The position numbers and the translations under genes are program-made. From a virus (taxonomy: Duplodnaviria; Caudoviricetes), in the IMG/VR virus record IMGVR_UViG_3300033183_000442, positions 1 through 58,856 of that record: a stretch of 58,856 nucleotides of DNA; one strand, 5' to 3'. Under the pieces are notes generated by a model that saw only the letters and a program-made list of their open reading frames with translations, was not told the DNA's origin and ran no database searches. Positions 47,815-57,427 of the stretch are shown here, piece by piece (positions within the stretch are counted from its first letter, which is position 1; every line of letters begins with the position of its first letter).

Positions 47815-48349
47815 TATGCCGATCCCCGGCGAAAACTACATGTCGGATACCCGTAACTACCCTTGGCACCGACCCCCAGAAATTACTGATTATGATGAAG
47901 CCGTTGATTACTTAATTGAGCGTTTGGCGGAACCAGAGCAATCAGAGTTGATCTATTCATTGATTGAATTGGAACAGCCACTGGCTGGGATCGTTGCTGG
48001 CCTAATGATGCAATCAATCGGCAGAGGTAAGTTTGGCATTGATCTAGCGATTTTGGCGGCAGGTCCTGTTTATCGTTATCTGCAGATCATCGCTGAACAG
48101 AACGGGCTGAAATACGAGAGCGGACTTGAAGACAAGGGCCGTATCCCAATCACACCCACCATTTTGAAAGCAGCGGTTGGACTGATTGATGAAGATGTTC
48201 CTGAAATAGTGGAAACACCTGCAGAGCTGATTGAACCCATTGGAATGGGCCTCATGAGCCAGAAGGTGACCAGTGGCGAAGCAAGCCCTGACGAACAAGC
48301 CCGGATGCTTGGTCTAGTCGAAGCGGAGGACGAAGATGCCCTACAGTGA
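47798..48349 (+). CDS. virion-module hypothetical protein
   Basis: PIPGEN......YPW.RPP motif; GGAGG RBS before ATG 47798. Confidence 0.75.
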   Translation: MELLFDMPIPGENYMSDTRNYPWHRPPEITDYDEAVDYLIERLAEPEQSELIYSLIELEQPLAGIVAGLMMQSIGRGKFGIDLAILAAGPVYRYLQIIAEQNGLKYESGLEDKGRIPITPTILKAAVGLIDEDVPEIVETPAELIEPIGMGLMSQKVTSGEASPDEQARMLGLVEAEDEDALQ

Positions 48350-50711
48350 TACGAAAACCCAACTCCGCAAAGATTTAGCCGCAGGTAAGTTCCAGCAAGA
48401 GGGCAAAGGCTTTCTAAGTGATGTCGCTGATATGTACATGGATTATGCGCTGCGTTCTATGTTGGCCGAGGAGTCCGACGAGCGAGCCGCAAAAAAGGCG
48501 GCTGAGAAAGATCGTAAGACAAAGATTGCGAATTCAATCAAAGAGGCCAAAGCCAAGGAGGCACAGGCTCGGGATTATCAACGCAAAGCCACAAATCTGC
48601 TCAGAGATGTTGGTTTTTCGGAGCAGTTAGACAACCCAAACTTCATGAAAGTGGCCATGGAGCAAATCTATGCTGCAGAGGGAAATTACAATTCAGCTCT
48701 GACCCGTATGGAAACGCTTAAATCTGATGGTCGCTTAAAGGTATTGGGGCCGATGCAAGGACCAGCCATACCGGGACGCCCGGAAAGCCTCGATATAGCA
48801 ACCGCATCCACATCAAGAGCGATTGATGCAGAGTTAGCGGATACAGGAACATCTGAAACTGCTGAAACTATTTTGGCAATGACAGATGGTCAGCCTGGTC
48901 AGCAGAACTTCAAGAATGCGCTTGAAGAACAAATGGCTGGGATCATGGAGGCTCAAACGCCTGTATCTGAGGTTAGTGGTTTCCGTTCTGAATTACGCAG
49001 TTCGGAGAGTTCTGGTGATCCAACAGCAGTTGATTTCAACAAAGAGGACGGCAAAGACCATGCTGGCTTGTATCAGTTTGGCCAAGACCGCTTGAACGAA
49101 ATCAATAATGCGCTGGGTACCAACTACACAGTCGAAGACATCAAGGCAGGAAATGTTAGCGAAAATGAACAAGAACGCCTTGCTGACTGGCATTTCGCAG
49201 ACATCGACAAGTTCATCGAAGACAAAGGTCTCGATAAGTTCATTGGGACTGAGATTAACGGTGCAACCGTAACTCGGGCAGGGATGGCAGCAGTTGCTCA
49301 CCTAGGCGGAAAAGGTGGTTTAGAGCAGTTCTTATTGACGGACGGGGCTGTAGACCCTTCAGACGGGCGTACAAAGCTGTCTGACTACATGAAACGCTTT
49401 GAGCAATCGCAGTACACAGAAACTCAAATGGACGAATTGGGGTTAGACCCGAACCAGCAGGGGCTGATGATTGCGCCAATTACGCCGCCCGATACAAGTA
49501 CGGAATACATGAAGGGTCTAAACTCAGTGAACGAAATCATTGGGCGTAAGGCACAGGTCCTCGCTGATCCTAAGTTACCTGTGAAAAAACAGAATGATTT
49601 AATCGAGCGTTTAGACAAAGCTATGGCTGAGATGATCGCTCAAAAAGAAGCAGACGCAGCCAAAAATCAAGAACCTCAACTTTATGGGTTACGCAATAAA
49701 GACGGTAAGATTGTTGCGGGACAGCTAATTCGAGGCATCCGAGTTGATGGTGGGATAAAGCGGTCAGGTGATAACACAGTAATGGAAGGCGATTTCGTCT
49801 ACATACCCGAAGACAGTGTCGAAAGCGTAATCAAATACAACAACGACACAGTTGAGCAAATCACAGTGCAGATGGCCTCAGACGCCAACTTGGCTCGGGA
49901 CATTGTGGACCTAAGAGACATCATTGTTCAGAACCCAGCAATTACTAACCGATTTGCTGTCGGAGCGTCACAAGTATCGACATTCCTTAAGGAGGGCGTA
50001 TCGGCGGTTGCTAGTCTGATGGAGGAGGACCAAGAGTACAGCTATGAGCAAGCTGTTGGTCTCCTTGATCGCATAGAAGATTTGACGCCTCAACGTCGAG
50101 AAGCAGAGATGCTCAAGCTGCGGGTCGCTTATGGTTTAGCCCGTCTACAAGGCTCAAGCGGAATGTCTTTGTCGGATAAAGAATTGAAGGCACAGTTGGA
50201 CAGCGTTCTGGCGAATGGCGACCCAGCTAAGGCACTTTCATTATTGAACCGTCAGTTGAAGTCATTGGTAGAAAGTTCTGAAACTACTAGAAAAACTCGG
50301 GTTAGCGGCTTCTTCGATCCAGAGGGTGCCGGGGATGTATTTGGTAACGCAATTTGGAACCAATCCATGGATGATTACATCCGAGGTGAAATTGGCGAAG
50401 ATCGTTTGCAATCATACGATGATGCCTTAGCAGGTAACACTGATTACAATCTACCACCAGCAGCGGCAGACCCCGTAGAGGACCCAGTAAAAGCCATCGA
50501 AGATTGGTCAAATGGTAGTGTAATTAATGGTATCGCATCAAAATCGCTTATGGCCGCACAAGTTGAGCGCATTCGCAACGCTGAAGGGTTAGGCGACAAC
50601 AAAGCACAATTGGTTGAGGAGTTGTATGAGGCACTTCTGGCTGACTTCCGCAAAGCAGGATTTGAGCAGCTAACCATGCAATCACTGAAAAACATATTGG
50701 AGCCGAATTAA
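48336..50711 (+). CDS. internal virion protein with lysozyme/lytic-transglycosylase-like domain
   Basis: ESSG...A......GLYQFG...AHLGG segment. Confidence 0.7.
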   Translation: MPYSDTKTQLRKDLAAGKFQQEGKGFLSDVADMYMDYALRSMLAEESDERAAKKAAEKDRKTKIANSIKEAKAKEAQARDYQRKATNLLRDVGFSEQLDNPNFMKVAMEQIYAAEGNYNSALTRMETLKSDGRLKVLGPMQGPAIPGRPESLDIATASTSRAIDAELADTGTSETAETILAMTDGQPGQQNFKNALEEQMAGIMEAQTPVSEVSGFRSELRSSESSGDPTAVDFNKEDGKDHAGLYQFGQDRLNEINNALGTNYTVEDIKAGNVSENEQERLADWHFADIDKFIEDKGLDKFIGTEINGATVTRAGMAAVAHLGGKGGLEQFLLTDGAVDPSDGRTKLSDYMKRFEQSQYTETQMDELGLDPNQQGLMIAPITPPDTSTEYMKGLNSVNEIIGRKAQVLADPKLPVKKQNDLIERLDKAMAEMIAQKEADAAKNQEPQLYGLRNKDGKIVAGQLIRGIRVDGGIKRSGDNTVMEGDFVYIPEDSVESVIKYNNDTVEQITVQMASDANLARDIVDLRDIIVQNPAITNRFAVGASQVSTFLKEGVSAVASLMEEDQEYSYEQAVGLLDRIEDLTPQRREAEMLKLRVAYGLARLQGSSGMSLSDKELKAQLDSVLANGDPAKALSLLNRQLKSLVESSETTRKTRVSGFFDPEGAGDVFGNAIWNQSMDDYIRGEIGEDRLQSYDDALAGNTDYNLPPAAADPVEDPVKAIEDWSNGSVINGIASKSLMAAQVERIRNAEGLGDNKAQLVEELYEALLADFRKAGFEQLTMQSLKNILEPN

Positions 50712-53700
50712 TGGCTGAAGAGTTAAGTGAAGTTGAAAAATTTGCTCAACGTATAAATGAGCAATATGGTAGTAATATCATTGATTTAAATATTGAAACT
50801 AATGTCAATGAGAACGTTGAAGCATTGCCCGGTGGCAACATTGGTATTGATGTAACCGACGAGATCAAAGCCAGCCAACAAGCGGATCAAACTCGGGATT
50901 ATGAGTATTTTTATGGTGAAGGCCCCGAGCGTCCTGGTCTTACCACATACATGGGTGCAGCCATTGGTGCCGCCGACAACTTCATCACTGGTAATGATAC
51001 ACCAAACCAAGCCCAGCAGGATGTAGCCGCTTTCGATCAAAAACGAGCGGAGTATGAGCAGGAAGCAAGAGCGACCTATGATGCTTTGGAGGAGTATGAT
51101 CTACCCGAGCTGAAAATGCTCGGTGGTCGAATTGTTGTACCTCCCGGACTTACAGATAATGAAGTGATGGCCGACGGTAAGGTGAAAGTTAATCGCCGCA
51201 TGTACACTGATGAAAACGGTGACCTGCAGACGGCATTTATCCTTGTGCCACCACCTGACAGTTCAGCATTTGAACGCATGATCGATCAGGCGACCCGCAA
51301 CATCCTTCAGGAAACACTTGGATTGGTTGAGCGGGAGCAAGATGGTTCTCTCGATGTTAATATCCTTGAGGAAAGTGATTTTGCAGCATCAGTTCCCGAT
51401 TATGAACAGGACGGCGCCGAAGGAGTATTTACCACAATACTCACATATGGCCTTCCATCGGCGAAAGCGACGAAAGTTGGAAGTGGTATTGGTCGTACTT
51501 TAGGCATTGGCAAAAAGTCTAAGACCCTTCTGAGTGCTTCGGGAGGCGCAATTGGTGCATCATTAATTGAGGGGGTCCTATCCACCGAGGGTGATCAGGG
51601 TATGGTATTCACCCCTGATTTATTACGTTCTACATTTCCAAATAAATCTGAAGAAAGCCTGAATGATCTAGCAATTGTTTTAGATGGCTTGGTTTTAAAT
51701 GGTGTTGTGGACAGTTTGCTGGGTTTTGGTGGCCTAGTGATGGGCAAAATCGGTGACAAGACCAAGGGTGCAAGAGGGCTTGTGGACCCAACATTTGTCC
51801 GCAACGAAGCCGAACGAGCGGCGGTGCTTGGAATATTCAGGCAGATTGATCCTGATCTTGCTGATGTAGATAATCGAACCTTGGCCGAAGGTTTACGAAA
51901 CCTATCGGAGGTTTTAGATGCCAATTCCGAAGTCTTGGTGCAGATTGGACAATCGAGTGCAAAGGTCCCAGTGGACACAGTGAATGCTATCCGCAACGGT
52001 GCAGAGCAGTACGTCATTAACACATACCAAAACATGCGCCGGGATATCCCAGACTTTGATGCTTTTGTTGAGCAAAAGACAAACGACATGGTCCAACGTA
52101 CCATCAGCCTTGCTCGGGCAAATGAGGGCGCAGAAGTCTTGCGTCAATCACAGTCAGATATGCTTTCAAGCGTTGGTAAAGTGATTGATCAGGAGGTTGC
52201 GAGAGTTAACCCTGATGCGGCTTCATTGTCCGATGCGGCGGATAGTCTGGTGACACAACGCCAGCAGCAAATTGATGCAGCGCAACAAACGCAGGATGTG
52301 CAGGAAGCAACAGCGCAAGGATTTAGAGCGCAGGCTGGACGGGCGGTTTCAGATGATCCGTTCATCCAACAAATGCTCAGTGATACTGATGCTTTCAAAT
52401 TCTTTGATGAAACCAACTACATCAACAGCATCAAAGGTTTGGTCAGTGATGAGTATCTGGAAGCCTACACAGCCGCATATAAGCGGGTTGGTGAAGCTTA
52501 TGATCGTATCCCCAATGCGCCGATTGATGTGAATGCGTTCAAGAACCAGCTTTTTGATGTCTTCAACACTATTGGCTCTACAAGCCAGGTCACCGATCAA
52601 AGCAGATTTGTGATGGGCGAACTAGAGAAGGCCATAGGCAGCAAGGTAAAGCCACAGGGGGATAATCTTCTACTGGCTGATCCTAGGGGTGAGCTGGCCG
52701 GAGAATTAACGCCACAGCAATTCATTGATGCGGTAGGTGATGATCTTGGATTTGCTGATCTCTACCAGCTTAAAAAGCAACTGGGTTCCACTATTGATGG
52801 AATGGACCGAAGCCCAGTTCGGCAGAAGCTCATCGAACTTAGAGACCACATCACCTCCACAGCCGTCGATGATAATGGCAACCCAGTCGGTCAGATGGCT
52901 TACGTCATTGCCAATGGCGGTGAAGCAGGGGAATTAGCTCAGGCCGCAGATGCTTTGTTCATTCAAACGCAAAACAAGTTTGCTCAAGGGGTCGGAGTAA
53001 AGCAGCTATCAGATTTAGCCGTAGAGCCAGCCTACAAGGGCGCAAACACACCTGCACCTGACGGTGGACGTACCCGAGGCATGGTTGCAATGGACAGCCA
53101 ATCTGTGGGGCAGGTGGTGCCACAAATCATGGCAGATCGCACTGGTGCTGAGTTTGACCAATTAGCTTTCGCCCTGAGTGATAGCTTGCGCAGGGATGAA
53201 GTAGCCAAGCCGCTTTTGGATTTGTACGAAGCCCAAGCAATTGACAGGTTGTCAAAAGCACTGGCAAACAACGACCAACAGACAATCGATTTAATTGATA
53301 AAAGCTTTGATAGCTTCATCAGTGAATTAAGGCGCCTAGAAAGCCCGTTAGTTTCTCAGCTTGAGGATACGAAACGCAGAGTTTCTTCGGTTCAGAATGA
53401 ATTAGGCAGCAGGGCCTTGGCTGCAGATGAGTTTGCGAAAGAAGCTGCGATGCGCAAAGCAGCAGCCGAACAGAATATCGTAGCAAAGCTCATCGATAGT
53501 CAGGGTAGGGCGAAGTCTAGCCCAGCTATCACACTGCGAAATCTGATCAGTGGGGATAATGCAGGGAATAACGTCAAATACCTAGTAGAGCAGATCAGTA
53601 CGCTGCCACAGAGCGAACGAGAGGCGTCTATGGCTGCATTGCAGGGCACTTTGCTCATGTTGGTGCGGGATGCAGCTTACACTGCCACACCAGCCGATGT

Positions 53701-54301
53701 GAAAGGCGCTACAGTGGAGTCTTTGGCAGGGATTAACCGTCTAACCAACGAGAGAGCATCAGGCATTCTGTCAGCTACCGCTCAAGCCTTTCCTGATGAT
53801 CCATTTATGGAAGAAACATTAAGGCAGGCGCTGGGTGGTTTGAGCGATATGAGCATTGCAAGCCGCATGAAGATATCTAAGGCCGGATCTGATACGGCAG
53901 CGAACCTTGGGATCAGAGACAGCGTTTCTACGGGTATTCTGTTTGCCTTTGGATACATGAACCCGACTGCAGCAGCCGCTAGACGACTTACTGCCGCCCA
54001 AATCGAAGCAATGGAGAAGCTTGGTAAGGAACGGCAGAAGGAAATCATTACGACTGCACTGGCGGCACCAGAGGAGCTTGCTCAATTGGCGAAAGGAATT
54101 GCGGATAAGCTTGATGAAAAGACGCTGATGACATTGAAGCGAGAATTCCTGCAAGCAGCAGAGCGGACCCTTCGCTATGAGGCTAGGGTGAACCCGAAGC
54201 CAGAGGAAGACGTTGATCAGCAGACACAGAGCATGCTGGGGAATGTAGTGAATACCCTTGGACGAGGTGTAGACAACGTAGTAGATTTCTTTAGGCAATA
54301 A
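50711..54301 (+). CDS. large internal virion (ejection) protein
   Basis: 1196-aa helical ORF ending the structural operon. Confidence 0.7.
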   Translation: MAEELSEVEKFAQRINEQYGSNIIDLNIETNVNENVEALPGGNIGIDVTDEIKASQQADQTRDYEYFYGEGPERPGLTTYMGAAIGAADNFITGNDTPNQAQQDVAAFDQKRAEYEQEARATYDALEEYDLPELKMLGGRIVVPPGLTDNEVMADGKVKVNRRMYTDENGDLQTAFILVPPPDSSAFERMIDQATRNILQETLGLVEREQDGSLDVNILEESDFAASVPDYEQDGAEGVFTTILTYGLPSAKATKVGSGIGRTLGIGKKSKTLLSASGGAIGASLIEGVLSTEGDQGMVFTPDLLRSTFPNKSEESLNDLAIVLDGLVLNGVVDSLLGFGGLVMGKIGDKTKGARGLVDPTFVRNEAERAAVLGIFRQIDPDLADVDNRTLAEGLRNLSEVLDANSEVLVQIGQSSAKVPVDTVNAIRNGAEQYVINTYQNMRRDIPDFDAFVEQKTNDMVQRTISLARANEGAEVLRQSQSDMLSSVGKVIDQEVARVNPDAASLSDAADSLVTQRQQQIDAAQQTQDVQEATAQGFRAQAGRAVSDDPFIQQMLSDTDAFKFFDETNYINSIKGLVSDEYLEAYTAAYKRVGEAYDRIPNAPIDVNAFKNQLFDVFNTIGSTSQVTDQSRFVMGELEKAIGSKVKPQGDNLLLADPRGELAGELTPQQFIDAVGDDLGFADLYQLKKQLGSTIDGMDRSPVRQKLIELRDHITSTAVDDNGNPVGQMAYVIANGGEAGELAQAADALFIQTQNKFAQGVGVKQLSDLAVEPAYKGANTPAPDGGRTRGMVAMDSQSVGQVVPQIMADRTGAEFDQLAFALSDSLRRDEVAKPLLDLYEAQAIDRLSKALANNDQQTIDLIDKSFDSFISELRRLESPLVSQLEDTKRRVSSVQNELGSRALAADEFAKEAAMRKAAAEQNIVAKLIDSQGRAKSSPAITLRNLISGDNAGNNVKYLVEQISTLPQSEREASMAALQGTLLMLVRDAAYTATPADVKGATVESLAGINRLTNERASGILSATAQAFPDDPFMEETLRQALGGLSDMSIASRMKISKAGSDTAANLGIRDSVSTGILFAFGYMNPTAAAARRLTAAQIEAMEKLGKERQKEIITTALAAPEELAQLAKGIADKLDEKTLMTLKREFLQAAERTLRYEARVNPKPEEDVDQQTQSMLGNVVNTLGRGVDNVVDFFRQ

Positions 54302-54376
54302 AAAACCTCTGTAGTAGTCGCTACAGAGGTTCTCTTATCCAGCGAACCGAGGAGACCAATCCCCGGAACTCGATTA
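54299..54376 (-). ncRNA. candidate trans-acting antisense (immunity) RNA
   Basis: 5' hairpin CCGGGGA/UCCUCGG, unpaired seed UUCGCUGGAUAAG, 11-bp terminator stem + U6; TTGAAG -35 at 54403-54408; complementary to at least four phage leaders. Confidence 0.72.
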
Positions 54377-54484
54377 AATTATTACGTTAATTTACCTGGT
54401 AACTTCAATAAAAATGCTAGCAAAATGACTTTCATATGCAAATAAGTCACATAATATTGTGCACTTATTTATGTAAATAAAGTG

Positions 54485-54500
54485 TTAACATATTGTTAAC
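54485..54500 (+). promoter_or_regulatory. CtrA-box-like site
   Basis: TTAA-CATATTG-TTAAC. Confidence 0.5.
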
Positions 54501-54524
54501 ATTAACAAATAAATAAGCATAAAA

Positions 54525-54606
54525 TATTTTACTTATTTTAACATTATTTACCTTTATTTACCCTTGTATGGTCTCATATGGCCTTATGTGACCTCAAATG
54601 ACGCTA
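54525..54606 (+). repeat. degenerate ~10-bp-period repeat array
   Basis: TATTT(T)AC-like units, then TATGGTCTCA/TATGGCCTTA/TGTGACCTCA/AATGACGCTA. Confidence 0.55.
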
Positions 54607-54641
54607 AAAATTATTAAAAAACACTGTTAACCAGTGAAATA

Positions 54642-54715
54642 CACCATATAGTGAGTTTTAACACTAAAATAATCAATATGTAGTGGTAGGTATTAGCTTT
54701 GATCGCAATATATTG
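54642..54715. promoter_or_regulatory. three NrdR-box-like sites 32 bp apart
   Basis: CACCATATAG (54642), CAATATGTAG (54674), CAATATATTG (54706). Confidence 0.6.
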
Positions 54716-54856
54716 ACTATTTTATCAAAAAAAAGTCATTGACGCTCACCGTATACATACGTCAACCTTGTTGCAGTCCCGCATCCAGCGATTCGTACTA
54801 CGAAGAACAGCGGGGCTATAGCCGCCAAGTTGTGCCGATGACCAACACTGAGATGC

Positions 54857-55165
54857 TTGGCTAAATGTAACAGGGTTTCAGAATTAACACAGTTTACGGA
54901 ATACGAACTGAGGCCCCCCATAAAGGTAGTCGACTTTATGTCTAAGTATACCTCACTCGAAGCCTTGGCTGAGAGCAGTTCATTGGTTGAACAATCATAT
55001 GCCTGCGATCTCTTGGCTTCAGCACTAAAGGAAGCGGCTGAACTGGGCCGCTTTTGCATCATATATTTTCTCAGTCAGGATGAATATCAGATTGTGGATC
55101 TGACGGGCAAGATTGCCTATGAGTACGATCCGGCAACCGATATCTTGGTCTATCCGCCCCACTAG
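54857..55165 (+). CDS. hypothetical protein (start possibly ATG 54938)
   Basis: ORF with AAGGT before MSKY. Confidence 0.55.
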   Translation: MAKCNRVSELTQFTEYELRPPIKVVDFMSKYTSLEALAESSSLVEQSYACDLLASALKEAAELGRFCIIYFLSQDEYQIVDLTGKIAYEYDPATDILVYPPH

Positions 55166-55383
55166 GGGTTCTGATGAAAATTTTTTTTTGCACAAAGTTG
55201 GCCGGGTCCGAATCGATTCGGCCAATTTTTTTTGTCTTGGCGATGTCTCAGTTGTGGACAACTTTAGGAAGGAAAACATTAGTTCCCCTAATTGAGCAAA
55301 TACCCACTATATGTGGCATTTTTCACAATAAAACATGCTAAATATGCACAAAAAATAAATTCCACCTGCATATCAATAGTTTA

Positions 55384-55398
55384 GAACAAAACAAGAAC
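55384..55398. promoter_or_regulatory. alphaproteobacterial LexA (SOS) box
   Basis: GAAC-AAAACAA-GAAC fits GAAC-N7-GAAC. Confidence 0.65.
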
Positions 55399-55573
55399 TT
55401 TCGCCGGAATACCTCGACTATTCAAAAGGATGGTCAACCGCAAATTCTCCGCAAAATGCAAATATAGCGGTTTGCGATAGGGAATCAGTCTGATAGATTA
55501 TTGGCATCAAGGTTCACCGCCGAGCCGAGGGGCTAAAACCTATGATCTGGGACAAGGTCATTATCAAGGCGGA

Positions 55574-55594
55574 TATTCAGCGAACCGAGTGAGA
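55574..55594 (+). promoter_or_regulatory. predicted sRNA target/decoy site
   Basis: TATTCAGCGAACCGAG is 15/16 identical to 54336-54351; the difference gives a G-U pair. Confidence 0.7.
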
Positions 55595-55608
55595 AACCGA
55601 AGGGCAGG

Positions 55609-55851
55609 TTGAGACTAGACCCCTCAACCACCTTCCCCAAAACGGAGACCAGGATACCGTTGAAAGACAATGTGCTGCAATTTTCATTTCGAGGAAATGA
55701 AGACTTCGCCGATTTCGCAGACAAAGTGAATGAGGCGTTAGAGAAAAGCGATGATGGTCCAATGAAAGTGGTGTGCTTTGAAAGCGATCACTTCAATGAA
55801 TACCACATCATTTACCAGACTAGGGAAGTGGTTCAGTGCCGTAAGGCATAG
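55609..55851 (+). CDS. small hypothetical protein next to att (start uncertain)
   Basis: 80-aa ORF followed by a terminator. Confidence 0.5.
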   Translation: MRLDPSTTFPKTETRIPLKDNVLQFSFRGNEDFADFADKVNEALEKSDDGPMKVVCFESDHFNEYHIIYQTREVVQCRKA

Positions 55852-55881
55852 CCTCAAACACCCAAGTCAGGAACAATACCG

Positions 55882-55912
55882 AAAACGGCTGCTATTTTAG
55901 TGGCCGTTTTTG
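55882..55912 (+). terminator. bidirectional intrinsic terminator
   Basis: AAAACGGCTGCTA/TAGTGGCCGTTTTT. Confidence 0.7.
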
Positions 55913-55922
55913 CTTTTATTTA

Positions 55923-55958
55923 GGGTGGTATATTGGGGTGGTAAAAGGGGTGGTAAAG
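55923..55958 (+). repeat. integrase arm-type sites, 3 copies at 12-bp period
   Basis: GGGTGGTA / GGGGTGGTAAAA / GGGGTGGTAAAG. Confidence 0.8.
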
Positions 55959-56004
55959 CCTAAGTGGCTGACCTCTAAAGTAATGATATATATAGAGAAA
56001 AATT

Positions 56005-56023
56005 TTTGGAGCGGGCGATGAGA
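56005..56023. repeat. att core, right copy
   Basis: identical to 356-374; overlaps the tRNA-Gly 3' end. Confidence 0.95.
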
Positions 56024-56081
56024 TTCGAACTCACGACATTTACCTTGGCAAGGTAACGCTCTACCCCTGAGCTACGCCCGC
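56007..56081 (-). tRNA. tRNA-Gly(GCC)
   Basis: cloverleaf GCGGGCG...TTGCCAA...TTCGAAT...CGCCCGCTCCA. Confidence 0.97.
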
Positions 56082-56219
56082 GTCCTTGGGTGGGTGCTGT
56101 TTATAAATAACTTCCGCCCGCTGCAAGCGAAAAACGTAACTTTGTTTCCCAACATGTCGCGGCATCTCTATTTTTTTTTGGACACCCTGTGCTAACTTGC
56201 AATTCGGGAGATTTGAAAA

Positions 56220-57389
56220 ATGAAAACACAAGTCTGTATCATCGGGGGCGGGCCCTCTGGGTTGTTGTTGGGGCAATTGTTGCACAGTATCGGTGTCGAC
56301 GCGGTTGTATTAGAGCGTCAGACACAGGAGTATGTCCTAAGTCGTATTCGGGCAGGGGTTTTGGAAGCGGGGTTTCAAAACCTAATGCGTCAGGCGGGTG
56401 TGGGTGCGCGCATGGACCGCGAAGGACATGTGCACAATGGTACCTTGATTACCTATAACAATGAACGCGTGCGCATTGATTTTAGCGCATTAACAGGCAC
56501 TTCGGTCATGGTCTATGGTCAGACCGAAGTCACCCGCGATCTATACGCCGCGCGCGCTGAAATTGGGGCCAAGACATTCCACAGTGTTGAAAATGTTGAA
56601 ATCCATGATGTTGAGGGGGATGCCCCCTATGTCACCTTTGACCAAGAAGGTGTGACGCATCACATCGAGTGCGATTTTGTTGCGGGCTGTGATGGATTTC
56701 ATGGTGTGTCGCGCCAACGCATTCCAAAAGACAAACGAAAAGAGTTTGAAAAGGAATATCCCTTCGGTTGGCTGGGCATCTTGTCACGAACACCGCCCGC
56801 GGATGAAGAGTTAATTTACGCCAATTCATCACGCGGTTTCGCCCTATGTTCCATGCGAAATGCGGAACTTAGCCGCTATTACATCCAATGCCCCATGACA
56901 GATCGGGTTGAGGATTGGAGTGATGATGCATTTTGGGATGAATTGCGCCGCCGTATTCCATCCGAAACCGCCGAGCGGTTGGTAACGGGACCCTCGATTG
57001 AAAAATCAATCGCACCCCTGCGGTCATTCGTGTGTGAACCGATGCAATGGGGGCGTTTGTTTTTATGTGGTGATGCGGCGCATATCGTTCCCCCAACAGG
57101 GGCAAAGGGGTTAAACACCGCAGCATCCGATATCCATTATTTATTCGAGGCGATGCGGGCCCATTATTTGGATCATGATGCATCTGCGATGGATCAATTC
57201 GGACCGCGTGCCTTGGCTCGTGTGTGGAAAACACAGCGCTTTTCATGGTGGATGACAACGCTATTGCATCATTTCCCAGAGCAAAGCGATTTTGATCACC
57301 ATATTCAGGCTGCTGAAATTGCGCATTTGCGCGACAATGTCGAAGCGCAGCGAGTACTGGCGAAAAACTACGTTGGGTTGCCGTACTAA
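56220..57389 (+). CDS. pobA: 4-hydroxybenzoate 3-monooxygenase
   Basis: GGGPSG, RIRAGVLE, GCDGFHGVSR, GDAAHIVPPTGAKGLN, NYVGLPY. Confidence 0.97.
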   Translation: MKTQVCIIGGGPSGLLLGQLLHSIGVDAVVLERQTQEYVLSRIRAGVLEAGFQNLMRQAGVGARMDREGHVHNGTLITYNNERVRIDFSALTGTSVMVYGQTEVTRDLYAARAEIGAKTFHSVENVEIHDVEGDAPYVTFDQEGVTHHIECDFVAGCDGFHGVSRQRIPKDKRKEFEKEYPFGWLGILSRTPPADEELIYANSSRGFALCSMRNAELSRYYIQCPMTDRVEDWSDDAFWDELRRRIPSETAERLVTGPSIEKSIAPLRSFVCEPMQWGRLFLCGDAAHIVPPTGAKGLNTAASDIHYLFEAMRAHYLDHDASAMDQFGPRALARVWKTQRFSWWMTTLLHHFPEQSDFDHHIQAAEIAHLRDNVEAQRVLAKNYVGLPY

Positions 57390-57427
57390 GCGATAGGTAT
57401 CAAAATAAAATAAGCGGGTGGGGCGGT

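Larger units (their letters stand above)
356..56023. mobile_element. integrated prophage, HMO-2011-type podovirus-like, ~55.7 kb
   Basis: 19-bp direct repeat TTTGGAGCGGGCGATGAGA at both ends matching the tRNA-Gly 3' end; adjacent integrase; replication, packaging, head, tail and lysis modules all present. Confidence 0.95.
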
